Shown here piece after piece: positions 31,863-41,347 of a DNA stretch of 64,000 nt. The position numbers were made by a program, and so were the translations under genes. The notes under the pieces were generated by a model. It was not told where the DNA came from. It ran no database searches and saw nothing but the letters and a program-made list of their open reading frames with translations. Origin of the DNA: a virus (Duplodnaviria > Heunggongvirae > Uroviricota > Caudoviricetes); the IMG/VR virus record IMGVR_UViG_3300027734_000034, one strand, 5' to 3'. Each line of letters starts with the position of its first letter. The first letter of the stretch is position 1.

Positions 31863-33188
31863 TTAAGTGCTCATTTCTTTTAATAATTTATATGTAATTG
31901 GACTAACAATCTCTAATGATTGATCTCTCATTTGATCTAATTTATTAGTTATCTCAAAAAAATTAGTAAGTTCATGTGACAAATCTTCAGAGTTCATAAA
32001 TTTTACTGCCCTATCTAGCTCCTTACAAAAAAACTTGTAATTAATTTCTTGTGTTTTTGTATTCATAATTCTTTCTTTATATGTTACCTTGCATTCTTCA
32101 AAATAGTTACTTATAAAAAGTTTACTAGTTAATGGAAAAATTTTAATATTATAACGTGCAGGTCCGTGTAATAAATGTGAATCAAATTTTGTATCAGGGA
32201 AATTTTCAAATTTCCATAACATTAACTCTGGTAGCTGTAACAGGTTAAAAACCATAATGGTAGGAGATATAACTGTTCTAAAATTTCCTTTTGCAGTAGT
32301 TAATTTAGACAAGTTATTTTCAATCTGTTTCCATTTACTTGGATATCGTATATAATCATTTAATTCTCCGACTCCATCAATACTAGGAGCAATTTGAATC
32401 AGTTTAAAATGTTCCCATAGCCCCCATGCTTTTTTAGGTATGTTAGTGAGATTAGTCATTACTTCAATATAAATTTGATTAGCATAACCCAATGAAATGC
32501 ATTTTTCTAAAAAGCTATAATGATTGTCTATTAACAATGGCTCTCCGCCTATAATAAAAATATGCTTAAGATTAGGTATATGCTTTTCTAAATTTTTCCA
32601 AAATAGTTCTTGTTCATGCCAATTATAAATATCTGTCTCTAGTTTTGCTTTTTCAGTTAAGTTTGTTATAATTTTTAATTGATTACCCGATTGATCAGTA
32701 AAATAATTATTATTAAATAAAGTAACATGGTCATCATACCAAGCACTGGAATCAGTTGGGCCGCACATTCTACATTTAAGATTGCATAGATTACCAAATC
32801 TTAAATCTGCATATTTAATGGGTACACTAGTTTCATCTATAGAACCATCTTCATTCGTTCTAGTTACTGCATCATTTAATGAAAATTCTTTATTCCAATT
32901 CTCAATCATCTGTATTCTATTACTTCTATATCCAGTAGATTCTTCTTTCACGCACCTACTACACATTTTTGGAGACTCGTTAGCTAGTATAGTTTTTCTT
33001 ACTTCTTTTAGAATTTTGGAATTTCTAAACGTTTCTAATCCATCTTTGGCTATATTAAAGTTTTCACCGTTGTCTTTTGTTATTGAACCTTTAGTAATAG
33101 AGGAATCTGCTTGACAACAAACTCGTAAATCACCGGTACTCCTAGTGCTTACTCCTATCCACGGCAACGGACAATATGTATTAGACAT
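31863..33188 (-). CDS. Radical SAM protein with N-terminal twitch/SPASM domain
   Basis: CPLPW, VCC, CSRC; CNLKCRMC; GGEP. Confidence 0.9.
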   Translation of the reverse strand: MSNTYCPLPWIGVSTRSTGDLRVCCQADSSITKGSITKDNGENFNIAKDGLETFRNSKILKEVRKTILANESPKMCSRCVKEESTGYRSNRIQMIENWNKEFSLNDAVTRTNEDGSIDETSVPIKYADLRFGNLCNLKCRMCGPTDSSAWYDDHVTLFNNNYFTDQSGNQLKIITNLTEKAKLETDIYNWHEQELFWKNLEKHIPNLKHIFIIGGEPLLIDNHYSFLEKCISLGYANQIYIEVMTNLTNIPKKAWGLWEHFKLIQIAPSIDGVGELNDYIRYPSKWKQIENNLSKLTTAKGNFRTVISPTIMVFNLLQLPELMLWKFENFPDTKFDSHLLHGPARYNIKIFPLTSKLFISNYFEECKVTYKERIMNTKTQEINYKFFCKELDRAVKFMNSEDLSHELTNFFEITNKLDQMRDQSLEIVSPITYKLLKEMST

Positions 33189-34107
33189 AATTAGGAGACC
33201 ATTTCTCAACTAAAGCATCTTGCTTACAATGACATTCATGTTTATATGTGCAAGTTATGGGTTCTGTTGGTAAAGTATATCCAGAATAAACATTGCCTAT
33301 TTTTCCACCTACTCTTGGCCAGCATCTAGATATATCACCATTTGGATCAATTACAAAACGGTCTATTCCTGCATTGCATTTCCAATCTGTAAAAATGTTT
33401 TTTTGATTCACTACTAAACTGTTCCAATTTGCTTGAACTCCGTTTAAAAAAATATTCTTTGGATATAAATCTAACCATGTTGGAAAACTAATAATAGAAG
33501 TTTTTTTAGGATATGATCGAATGTACTCTAATTGACTTTCAGTATATGGATATAACTCATCGCATATTAAACTTTTTCTTACGGGTTTAATATCAATTAA
33601 TATATCTAATTTTTCAAATTCCTTAATAGCAGTTAACCCTTTTTCCCAATAATCAGGCGTTATCAATAATGAAACCATTGGGAAACATTTATCTTTCATT
33701 ATTTTAACAACCTGTACCAAATGCTCAGTGTCCACTTCTTTTGAGTGCCATGAAAACAAAAACATTGAATTGCTAGACTTAAACTGTTCCCAATATCTGA
33801 GAGTCCTAGATCCATTGGTGTTTATTTCAATCACAAGATTTTCATGTGAAACGCTATCCATAAATGCTTGTAATTGCGGCCATTGTGTGGGTTCCCCACC
33901 TATTATCTCTAAACACACATGTGAGTTTTTTTGTCGTACTTTGTTAATAAAGTTAGCTACAGCTATATAATTTATATTCCATCTTTCAGAACCATCATTA
34001 CTATTTGGGTGACAATAATCACATGTATAATTACACACATTATGTGGTTTAAACGATATCATTGCTATGTTTTTTGGACCAGAATTAGTTAAGTGAATAG
34101 GTATCAT
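33181..34107 (-). CDS. Radical SAM protein with C-terminal SPASM/twitch
   Basis: CNYTCDYC; GGEP; CNAG..C..C..C.C. Confidence 0.9.
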   Translation of the reverse strand: MIPIHLTNSGPKNIAMISFKPHNVCNYTCDYCHPNSNDGSERWNINYIAVANFINKVRQKNSHVCLEIIGGEPTQWPQLQAFMDSVSHENLVIEINTNGSRTLRYWEQFKSSNSMFLFSWHSKEVDTEHLVQVVKIMKDKCFPMVSLLITPDYWEKGLTAIKEFEKLDILIDIKPVRKSLICDELYPYTESQLEYIRSYPKKTSIISFPTWLDLYPKNIFLNGVQANWNSLVVNQKNIFTDWKCNAGIDRFVIDPNGDISRCWPRVGGKIGNVYSGYTLPTEPITCTYKHECHCKQDALVEKWSPNYV

Positions 34108-35492
34108 TTAAATATATCTTTCATTTCTGGAAAAGTGTCATAAAAATTAGTACCGCGATATCTATCAACCTTCTCGAGGTAGTCTTTAGTTTCTGGTAAT
34201 CTCACGCTCCAATCATCGCTTTTCATAAAGCTAATCATACCGCGCAGTCTATCAATACCATAAGACGCAACTTTCCAATCTTCTTTGGTTACTTTACCTT
34301 TGTGCCATGATGGAATACCTAACTCCCAATTTTCTTCCCACCACGGTATGAATTCTTCATACTTGCGTTCGCACTCATCTTTGAACCATTTAGGCAATAT
34401 CTTCACGTTCAAAAATGCAGGCCAATAGACAAAGTGATAGTTGATGCCACCCGCACCGAATGGCCACATATTTATTTTCTTGAAGTTCTGCTCTAACTTC
34501 CATTTTACAAAGTCTGGAATGTAATAAATGTTCAATGCGTTGACTGCACATGCAACAGTTATCTCTACATTGTCGCTAGTCTGTGTATCTAGTATATGAA
34601 ATACTTCTTCTGTACGACTCCATTTGCTTGGATAACGTATGTAATCGTTCATCTCATGTATACTGTCTACACTATAGTGAAAACGAACAATCTTGAAATG
34701 TTTCCATAATTCAAATAAATCTTCACGCCATTCTACTCCGTTACTGTTATAGCGTATCTCCATATCTTTAGCATATCCTTGACGGATGCATTCTTCTAAG
34801 ATATCATAGTGTTCTTCAATGATGAGACTCTCGCCACCTGCAAAATACAATTGCTTCATGTTTGGAATCTGTTCATAGAACTGTTTCCAAAATACTGGAT
34901 TATTCTTGTGCCAATTATAGCTGCTTCCGTTTGTACTTCCTTTATTATCCCATTGCCATATCTCTTTTACATTCTTATTTTCAATGGTAGGATAGATATT
35001 TTGCCATTCTTTAATCCAACCTGAACTGTCATGCGGGCTGCACATGATGCAAGCCAACTGACATTTAGTTCCAAATCTTAAATCAATATATGCTAATTGA
35101 GGTGGTACTTCGCCGTCACTTGTTGTCTCAGCTAATAACTTATCTAAGTCAACTCTTTCTTTCCAATACTTAGTTTCCCACATGCGTTTGCTGTTATGTC
35201 CTGCTCGTTCCTCTTCATAACACTTGCGACAGCTTGGTGGTTCTTCACCGTTCAACATCTGCTTACGCACGTTCCTCATGTAAGTACTATTCCAACTAGA
35301 GACAAAATCACTCACGTTCAGATTATTAGGACGACCTTCTTCATCTTTTAATATGCCTACATTACCACCACCAATTTTGTCATTAGTGATGCCTACACTA
35401 CTAGCGTTGGCAGTACAGCATACACGCATCTGCCCATCTGGACGAGTGCTGAGATGTACCCAAGGTAAAATACAGAATGTTTTAGAAGTCAT
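34104..35492 (-). CDS. Radical SAM protein with N-terminal twitch/SPASM domain
   Basis: CILPW, VCC, CRKC; CQLACIMC; AGGES. Confidence 0.9.
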   Translation of the reverse strand: MTSKTFCILPWVHLSTRPDGQMRVCCTANASSVGITNDKIGGGNVGILKDEEGRPNNLNVSDFVSSWNSTYMRNVRKQMLNGEEPPSCRKCYEEERAGHNSKRMWETKYWKERVDLDKLLAETTSDGEVPPQLAYIDLRFGTKCQLACIMCSPHDSSGWIKEWQNIYPTIENKNVKEIWQWDNKGSTNGSSYNWHKNNPVFWKQFYEQIPNMKQLYFAGGESLIIEEHYDILEECIRQGYAKDMEIRYNSNGVEWREDLFELWKHFKIVRFHYSVDSIHEMNDYIRYPSKWSRTEEVFHILDTQTSDNVEITVACAVNALNIYYIPDFVKWKLEQNFKKINMWPFGAGGINYHFVYWPAFLNVKILPKWFKDECERKYEEFIPWWEENWELGIPSWHKGKVTKEDWKVASYGIDRLRGMISFMKSDDWSVRLPETKDYLEKVDRYRGTNFYDTFPEMKDIFK

Positions 35493-36675
35493 TTAATTTT
35501 ATCAGTTCAGGGATAGTTTCCCAAGTGTTTTCATTTCTAAGTTTATCTATTTGTTTAGTTGTTTTGATGAATAAATTTAAGTCTTTGAAATTAGAAGGTT
35601 TTGATAATTCTGCTAAAGTTTGTTTAAATTCTGAAATTATATTTGTTGAGTATTTATTGTCATATATATTTGCAAAAGATATAAGGTTATCGGTAATTGT
35701 TTTTTTAAATTCATCTGGAAGTACGCTTACGTTGTAATATGCAGGAGCTTCGATTAAATTAATATAAAAATTATTCTTTTTAATTATCTTTGAATCAGTT
35801 AGATATGTAATAATATTAGGCAATCTACTAACATTTAATACTCCTACTGTTATTCCAATGCCAAATTTAATAAAATCAAAATTAGATAATTGTTTTAAAT
35901 TAGATTCAACACTTTTCCATACTGTTCCGTAACGAACTAATTCAGCACGATCTCCAATCTCATCAATACTTGCCCATACACTTATCTTTTCAGAATTCCA
36001 CTTGCGCCAATAATCTAGTATGTCTTTTTTTCCATATGTTAACGTAGAACAGTTTGTATTGTATCGTATACGTACATCAAATTTTTTATGTTCTACTAAC
36101 ATATCTAATATTTGCCAATGTTCAGGCATCAATAAAGGTTCTCCGCCTGCAAAATATATTTCTTCAACATTATCAATTTGACTTTCTAAAAAATTAAAAT
36201 CAATAGGAGTGTTTAATACTTTGTTTTGTTCAGATAACCATTTTAAATTAATTGCATCTTGTGTCCATGCGCTACTAAATGCAGGTCCGCAACTACGACA
36301 TTTAAAATTACATAGATTGCTAAATCTAAAATCCCAATACTTCAAATGCATCGTAGAACAAGTTCCGTCAGAATTTGTTATATTAGGTATATTTTTTAAA
36401 ACATCTAAATAAGATTCATTGCGAGAATAACGATTACTTTTTCCGGTAACATCTTCTTTATCAAAACATGAACTACATACAGTTGGACGAATGTTATTCA
36501 TCATCTCACTTCGTAATTTCTTCATATTATCACTGTTCCATATTTCATTGATAGGTTGTGTATTAAGATCACCGGCATGGTAATGCGGTTTAATCAAACA
36601 ACACGGAACTACTTTACCATTTGGTTGAAAGTTTAAATGCACCCACGGAACAACACACAATGTTTTAGAAGTCAT
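35482..36675 (-). CDS. Radical SAM protein with N-terminal twitch/SPASM domain
   Basis: CVVPW, PCC, CSSC; CNFKCRSC; AGGEP. Confidence 0.9.
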   Translation of the reverse strand: MTSKTLCVVPWVHLNFQPNGKVVPCCLIKPHYHAGDLNTQPINEIWNSDNMKKLRSEMMNNIRPTVCSSCFDKEDVTGKSNRYSRNESYLDVLKNIPNITNSDGTCSTMHLKYWDFRFSNLCNFKCRSCGPAFSSAWTQDAINLKWLSEQNKVLNTPIDFNFLESQIDNVEEIYFAGGEPLLMPEHWQILDMLVEHKKFDVRIRYNTNCSTLTYGKKDILDYWRKWNSEKISVWASIDEIGDRAELVRYGTVWKSVESNLKQLSNFDFIKFGIGITVGVLNVSRLPNIITYLTDSKIIKKNNFYINLIEAPAYYNVSVLPDEFKKTITDNLISFANIYDNKYSTNIISEFKQTLAELSKPSNFKDLNLFIKTTKQIDKLRNENTWETIPELIKLNDF

Positions 36676-37000
36676 TTTTTATTTCTTTAAATGAAATGTT
36701 TATACTATCATCTCTTACATCAGACTTATCTATGTTGTCATTTATTTTGTCACTACAAAATTTAGAACAAACTGATTTTTCATTTTTCCAACTTTCTTCT
36801 ATTTTTTTCATAGCTTGACTATTTTTCATTTCAGCTAAAGAATATTTTTTACCATCTAGCTGTTCATATAAAGGTCCTAAAAATTCTGTCACTTTATTAA
36901 TATATGGTTCATTTGCTATCCAGCAACATGGAAAATAGAAGCCATGAGCAGAAATATAGTCTGATGTTAATCCTTTTTTACATCTAGGATAAATTAACAT
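36665..37000 (-). CDS. Stand-alone SPASM/twitch Fe-S domain protein
   Basis: PRC..PCCW..CSKFC; corresponds to the C-terminus of 39570..40655. Confidence 0.7.
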   Translation of the reverse strand: MLIYPRCKKGLTSDYISAHGFYFPCCWIANEPYINKVTEFLGPLYEQLDGKKYSLAEMKNSQAMKKIEESWKNEKSVCSKFCSDKINDNIDKSDVRDDSINISFKEIKNDF

Positions 37001-37628
37001 AGCGCCTCTGTACTTCTTGCCAATCTATCGTTGGTGTTAATGGATCTTCACTTTCATATCTTACACTTTTTACAATGCTAAATTCATGGAATCCTAATTT
37101 TCTTGCTAAGTATATACCTTCGTCAATATTGTATTGATTATACTTAAATAAAATCCATTTCCAAATTATTTTAATATTAGGATTATATTCTACTAAAGTC
37201 TTAATACCGTTTTCAATAGTTTCCCACTTGCTATTAACTCTATATAAATGATTGTTGTTTGGTAATCCATCTATTGAAAATACAATGTTGTCACGATGGT
37301 CAAGTATGCTTGCTGTTTCTTTCCACCAATCGATACTTCTAAATGCACCATTAGTATGCATACCTATACTCATGTGGGGATGTGCTGTTCGTATACTAGA
37401 TATTAATTCGTGAAATTTAGGGTGATATATAGGATCACCGTGATTGCCACACATGACAAACTTCTTTTTTCCCTCAGCTAATTTTACGGTAGTGTCAATA
37501 TCACAATCTTCTAATTTAATATTATCAATTGACAATGTTCGCGGGCAATGCGGACATGCTAACGTACACCTACTAGTAGGTTCTATGTGTAGTACTCTGT
37601 CATCTATCCAAATATCTTCATTATTCAT
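36984..37628 (-). CDS. Radical SAM protein (short, no SPASM)
   Basis: CTLACPHCPR; CGNHGDP; FSIDGL..LYR. Confidence 0.88.
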   Translation of the reverse strand: MNNEDIWIDDRVLHIEPTSRCTLACPHCPRTLSIDNIKLEDCDIDTTVKLAEGKKKFVMCGNHGDPIYHPKFHELISSIRTAHPHMSIGMHTNGAFRSIDWWKETASILDHRDNIVFSIDGLPNNNHLYRVNSKWETIENGIKTLVEYNPNIKIIWKWILFKYNQYNIDEGIYLARKLGFHEFSIVKSVRYESEDPLTPTIDWQEVQRRYVNLS

Positions 37629-37633
37629 GCTAT

Positions 37634-38902
37634 TTAAATAACAAATTCATCTAACCATGGAAATAAAGGTTTCCAATTTAAATTTCTTCTTCTATCTATA
37701 TCATCTAGTTGAATTTTTAGTTCTTTTACTAATTCAGGGCAATAAGGTTGATTATTAATAGTATCACGATATCCACTAAGTTTTTCTTTGAGATATTCAG
37801 ATGGTGCAACTGCAATCATCCTGTCAAAATCTTCATCAAAAAACCCATTAGGAAATATATCGGCTCGCAAATAAGTCATATAGTCAGCAAAACTAAAAGA
37901 AATTTCAATTAGCGAAAGATCATTTGTTGTTCTGATATTGTTATAATAATTAATTTTTTCAATTAATTCTGGATATGTTTTTATAGTTAAGTTGCACATA
38001 GTAGAATGTACTACTAATTTTATTTTAGGGTATTCTGCTATTAACGTTTTAAAATTTTCTTCCCATTGAATTAAATCTAAACCATGTCTAACATATTCTT
38101 CTTGTGGTCCCCATGCATCAATGCTACAAAATATTCTAAAAGATTTTATATGATTTTTAGTAACTAAATTTTCTACTTTATCTAATATTTTTCTAAATTT
38201 AGTATTTGATACTTTTAAATTTGAAAAAATACTAAAAATTAATTCAGGGCATGGATTTGTTTCAAAAAATTCTATATTTTGTTCAAACTCAGGTTGAAAA
38301 AATGGCTCACCACCTAACAAATTATATTCTCTTATAGACAATGCATTTTTTTCCAACCAAGCCCAATATTTTTTTACTAATATGGGATAGTCTTTTTTTC
38401 TGTCAATATGTTTATCTAACTCTTTTTGTGATTTTAAATTAAATTTAATATCTTCATTTTCCCATACCGTGCTATATTCTGAATTGCAATAAAGGCAAGC
38501 CATGTTACATAAATTATTGAAATATACTTCAACAATAGTTGGCGATACTTTAATAGCTTTATTATTATTTAACAATTCAACAGCAGGTTTTACATAGTGT
38601 TTGCTAGTAGGATGCACGTTTAAATTTACACTCATCCTATCACTAATGCCACCACTCTTTTCAATTTTTTCGCAATATTCACATCCTTTGCCGGGCCAAC
38701 GGCCATCTAACATATCTTTCCTGGTACTTAATTTTAAAGGAGTATTGTGAAAATCTTCAATGTTTTCAACTGTTATTTCATCGGGGTTTACTCTATGACA
38801 ACTGTTTGTTTTTTTAGCATATATATTTATTGAACTCCATGAAAATTTCCACACACAAGCCGGTTCCGGCATTCCATATATATCTTTAAAATTATTTTTC
38901 AT
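37634..38902 (-). CDS. Radical SAM protein with N-terminal Cys domain
   Basis: CVWKF..SCHR..GCEYC; CNMACLYC; GGEP. Confidence 0.88.
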   Translation of the reverse strand: MKNNFKDIYGMPEPACVWKFSWSSINIYAKKTNSCHRVNPDEITVENIEDFHNTPLKLSTRKDMLDGRWPGKGCEYCEKIEKSGGISDRMSVNLNVHPTSKHYVKPAVELLNNNKAIKVSPTIVEVYFNNLCNMACLYCNSEYSTVWENEDIKFNLKSQKELDKHIDRKKDYPILVKKYWAWLEKNALSIREYNLLGGEPFFQPEFEQNIEFFETNPCPELIFSIFSNLKVSNTKFRKILDKVENLVTKNHIKSFRIFCSIDAWGPQEEYVRHGLDLIQWEENFKTLIAEYPKIKLVVHSTMCNLTIKTYPELIEKINYYNNIRTTNDLSLIEISFSFADYMTYLRADIFPNGFFDEDFDRMIAVAPSEYLKEKLSGYRDTINNQPYCPELVKELKIQLDDIDRRRNLNWKPLFPWLDEFVI

Positions 38903-39567
38903 ATGAGTCTTCCAAATCCCCATTTTCTTTCATGGCACCACCAGCAAGTTTCACAATGTGGTGTTGACCAATCATAAGTCTTAGCTTCGCAACTTTTAGT
39001 GATTGGAAATAATGTATCCATCAAGTTAAAATGATTATATAATTCTGCTATTCCTTTTTTATCTAAATTAGCAAAAGGTCTATAACATCTAGGTCCCGGC
39101 ATAACTGATTTTATTTCTTCTGTGCGGTCTCTCCTAAAATCTCTCTCGTCTATCACAGCTTCATTAAATGAATTGCACACTTCAGGTGGTGGATTGCAAT
39201 TAATACCAGTGACATGGCAATCAATAATTTCATTTTTATACGCTCCTTCAGTCAGTATATCTTGTGCATCTTGTAATTCGGGTCCTTCCATTACAGGATC
39301 ACAATGTAAATGTTCACTAAATTTGATATCAAATTCTTTCTCACAAAATTCTATTACTCTTTTACTAAAAATAAATTGATAAGGTTTTAAAATATTGACC
39401 GCAGTTATAGGATGTATACTGATTTCTGGTCTTTCAGTTACTTTATACTTCGATAGTATATAGCAGATCATGGCGCTATCTGCGCCGCCTGAGATTTTAA
39501 TTCCCACTTTATTGAATTGTGGATCTATAGTAAAATCTATATCCTGTTGAGAATTTTTGATAAACAT
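38899..39567 (-). CDS. QueC-like PP-loop ATPase, paralog 2
   Basis: SGGADS; TKSCE..HCETCWWCHER. Confidence 0.75.
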   Translation of the reverse strand: MFIKNSQQDIDFTIDPQFNKVGIKISGGADSAMICYILSKYKVTERPEISIHPITAVNILKPYQFIFSKRVIEFCEKEFDIKFSEHLHCDPVMEGPELQDAQDILTEGAYKNEIIDCHVTGINCNPPPEVCNSFNEAVIDERDFRRDRTEEIKSVMPGPRCYRPFANLDKKGIAELYNHFNLMDTLFPITKSCEAKTYDWSTPHCETCWWCHERKWGFGRLI

Positions 39568-39569
39568 GA

Positions 39570-40655
39570 TTACTTAAATTGTTCTGTGAATACATCAAAC
39601 TCTGTGCCGCATTTTTGTGAACACACTTCTAATTTCCCTGCTGCTACACTAGATAATTTCCAACTTGATTCTATTTTTGAAAATAATTTACTATTGTCAA
39701 TAACATCACTCAAATCGTTGTTGATAACATCGATGCCTTTTTTACCGCCTGTATTATCAATTATGTGCCAAATTTGTTCTATTCTGTAATCTTCATGCCA
39801 CCATTTATACATTCTACCTGCTGTCCAGCAGCAAGGCATAAGCAGTCCTTCGGCAGTGATAAAAATATTACCTTCTTTAACAACCTTACAATCTATTTTA
39901 CAACTGTCATAGTATTTAGTCATGCTCCCGTGTTGAGCAATTAATTCTTGTTCTTTGGATAAAACACGATTTTGAAATTCTTCTTTAGGTTTTTTAAGCA
40001 ATATAGTTTCCGTGCCTTTCCGATTTTGTGCTTGATGTTCTTCTTTTCCTTGATTTCTTGCAGTGCTAAAAAATCTAGCAGTTTTCTTTTTAGTAAATTT
40101 TTCACATCCCCACTCATTTGCTAACTTTTCGGCTTCTTCCACTTGATGTTGATTGTGTTCAAATATGATATAATCCCATCTTGCTCTGCCACCTGCATTG
40201 ATAAAACTACGCATACTGTTTTCTACTATACTCCATTTAACATTTTGGCGATATAGATGATTAGTATCTACTAACCCATCCACAGAGAATATTACAGCAC
40301 CTTTGTTGTTGTATATCTTGGCTAATTCTGTCCACCAATCAGTATCTCTAGCCCCTGCGTTAGTATTCATACTGAGCCACATGTTTGCATTATGTTCTCT
40401 AAAATATCGAAATACTTCTAGTGTATCTCTAGCAACTATTGGATCACCTAAATTACCGCACATGTACATTGTGTCTAGCTGACTAATAAATTTTGTGGAG
40501 AATATCTTTTTGCAATCATCTAAAGATAGTTCAGCATTGGTGATGTGTTTATTATCTTTGCCACCGTTCTCGTTGCGGTCACACATTGGACATGCTGCTT
40601 GACATAACTGTGTTATCTCTAAATGAACTTTCTTTATATCTTTTGATTTATACAT
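39570..40655 (-). CDS. Radical SAM protein with C-terminal SPASM/twitch
   Basis: CQAACPMCDR; CGNLGDP; PCCW..CSQKC. Confidence 0.9.
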   Translation of the reverse strand: MYKSKDIKKVHLEITQLCQAACPMCDRNENGGKDNKHITNAELSLDDCKKIFSTKFISQLDTMYMCGNLGDPIVARDTLEVFRYFREHNANMWLSMNTNAGARDTDWWTELAKIYNNKGAVIFSVDGLVDTNHLYRQNVKWSIVENSMRSFINAGGRARWDYIIFEHNQHQVEEAEKLANEWGCEKFTKKKTARFFSTARNQGKEEHQAQNRKGTETILLKKPKEEFQNRVLSKEQELIAQHGSMTKYYDSCKIDCKVVKEGNIFITAEGLLMPCCWTAGRMYKWWHEDYRIEQIWHIIDNTGGKKGIDVINNDLSDVIDNSKLFSKIESSWKLSSVAAGKLEVCSQKCGTEFDVFTEQFK

Positions 40656-41347
40656 TATTTTATGCCGATACGCATATATCGTGTGTACTTATCAAGCGCC
40701 AATTCACCTTCATATAGCATAGTAGACATTGGAGATTGTATTCTAAATTCTTCTAAGCTATTAGAACAATTTATATGATCTTCAATCTCAACGTAGTTAT
40801 TGGTTTGAAGTATAACTATCTTATTATTAGGTATGTTATTGTACCAAACATCAAAATTATGTATATGTTCACAGCTAGTATTGATGATGGTGTTTGCAGA
40901 ATCAGTTAATTCTAATTTACTTCTATCATATCTATGAGTTTCATATTTAAAATTTTCATAAATTAGATTATGTATATCTACTGTAGCTGCTTTAAATTGC
41001 CAATTATTTTTTACTTTTTCTCTGTTTATAGTTTCTGCTACTCGTTCACACAACGGATCAATGTCAAAGCTACGAATTTTATCTATTATGCAACTACTCT
41101 CAAATAACATTGGTGCTAATGTAGCATACCAACCAGCACATAAAAATATGATACCTAAATCTAAGTTTAATTTTTCTAATTCAGATACTAACCATCGTTT
41201 ACTTTTTAGTTGTCCCCAGCTTAACGCATCAGACAAGTCAGCACCCTCATTATCAACTGCATTGCATAATTGACTAAACAATTTGTTTTGAGTTAAAACA
41301 AACATTCTTCCAAACGTATCTTTATCATCTGTCCAATTAATTGTCAT
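40655..41347 (-). CDS. Class I SAM-dependent methyltransferase-like protein
   Basis: GQLKSKRWL, CAGWY, SFDID, INTSCEH. Confidence 0.65.
   Translation of the reverse strand: MTINWTDDKDTFGRMFVLTQNKLFSQLCNAVDNEGADLSDALSWGQLKSKRWLVSELEKLNLDLGIIFLCAGWYATLAPMLFESSCIIDKIRSFDIDPLCERVAETINREKVKNNWQFKAATVDIHNLIYENFKYETHRYDRSKLELTDSANTIINTSCEHIHNFDVWYNNIPNNKIVILQTNNYVEIEDHINCSNSLEEFRIQSPMSTMLYEGELALDKYTRYMRIGIK

Noticed and set aside
25675-39567. 7-deazaguanine DNA modification inferred from QueC-like genes
   Set aside because: No FolE, QueD, clear QueE or DpdA in this window; the PP-loop proteins are divergent and duplicated, so the substrate is unknown
26307-40655. RiPP cluster
   Set aside because: No precursor peptide, RRE/PqqD domain, peptidase or exporter visible; genes are tightly packed
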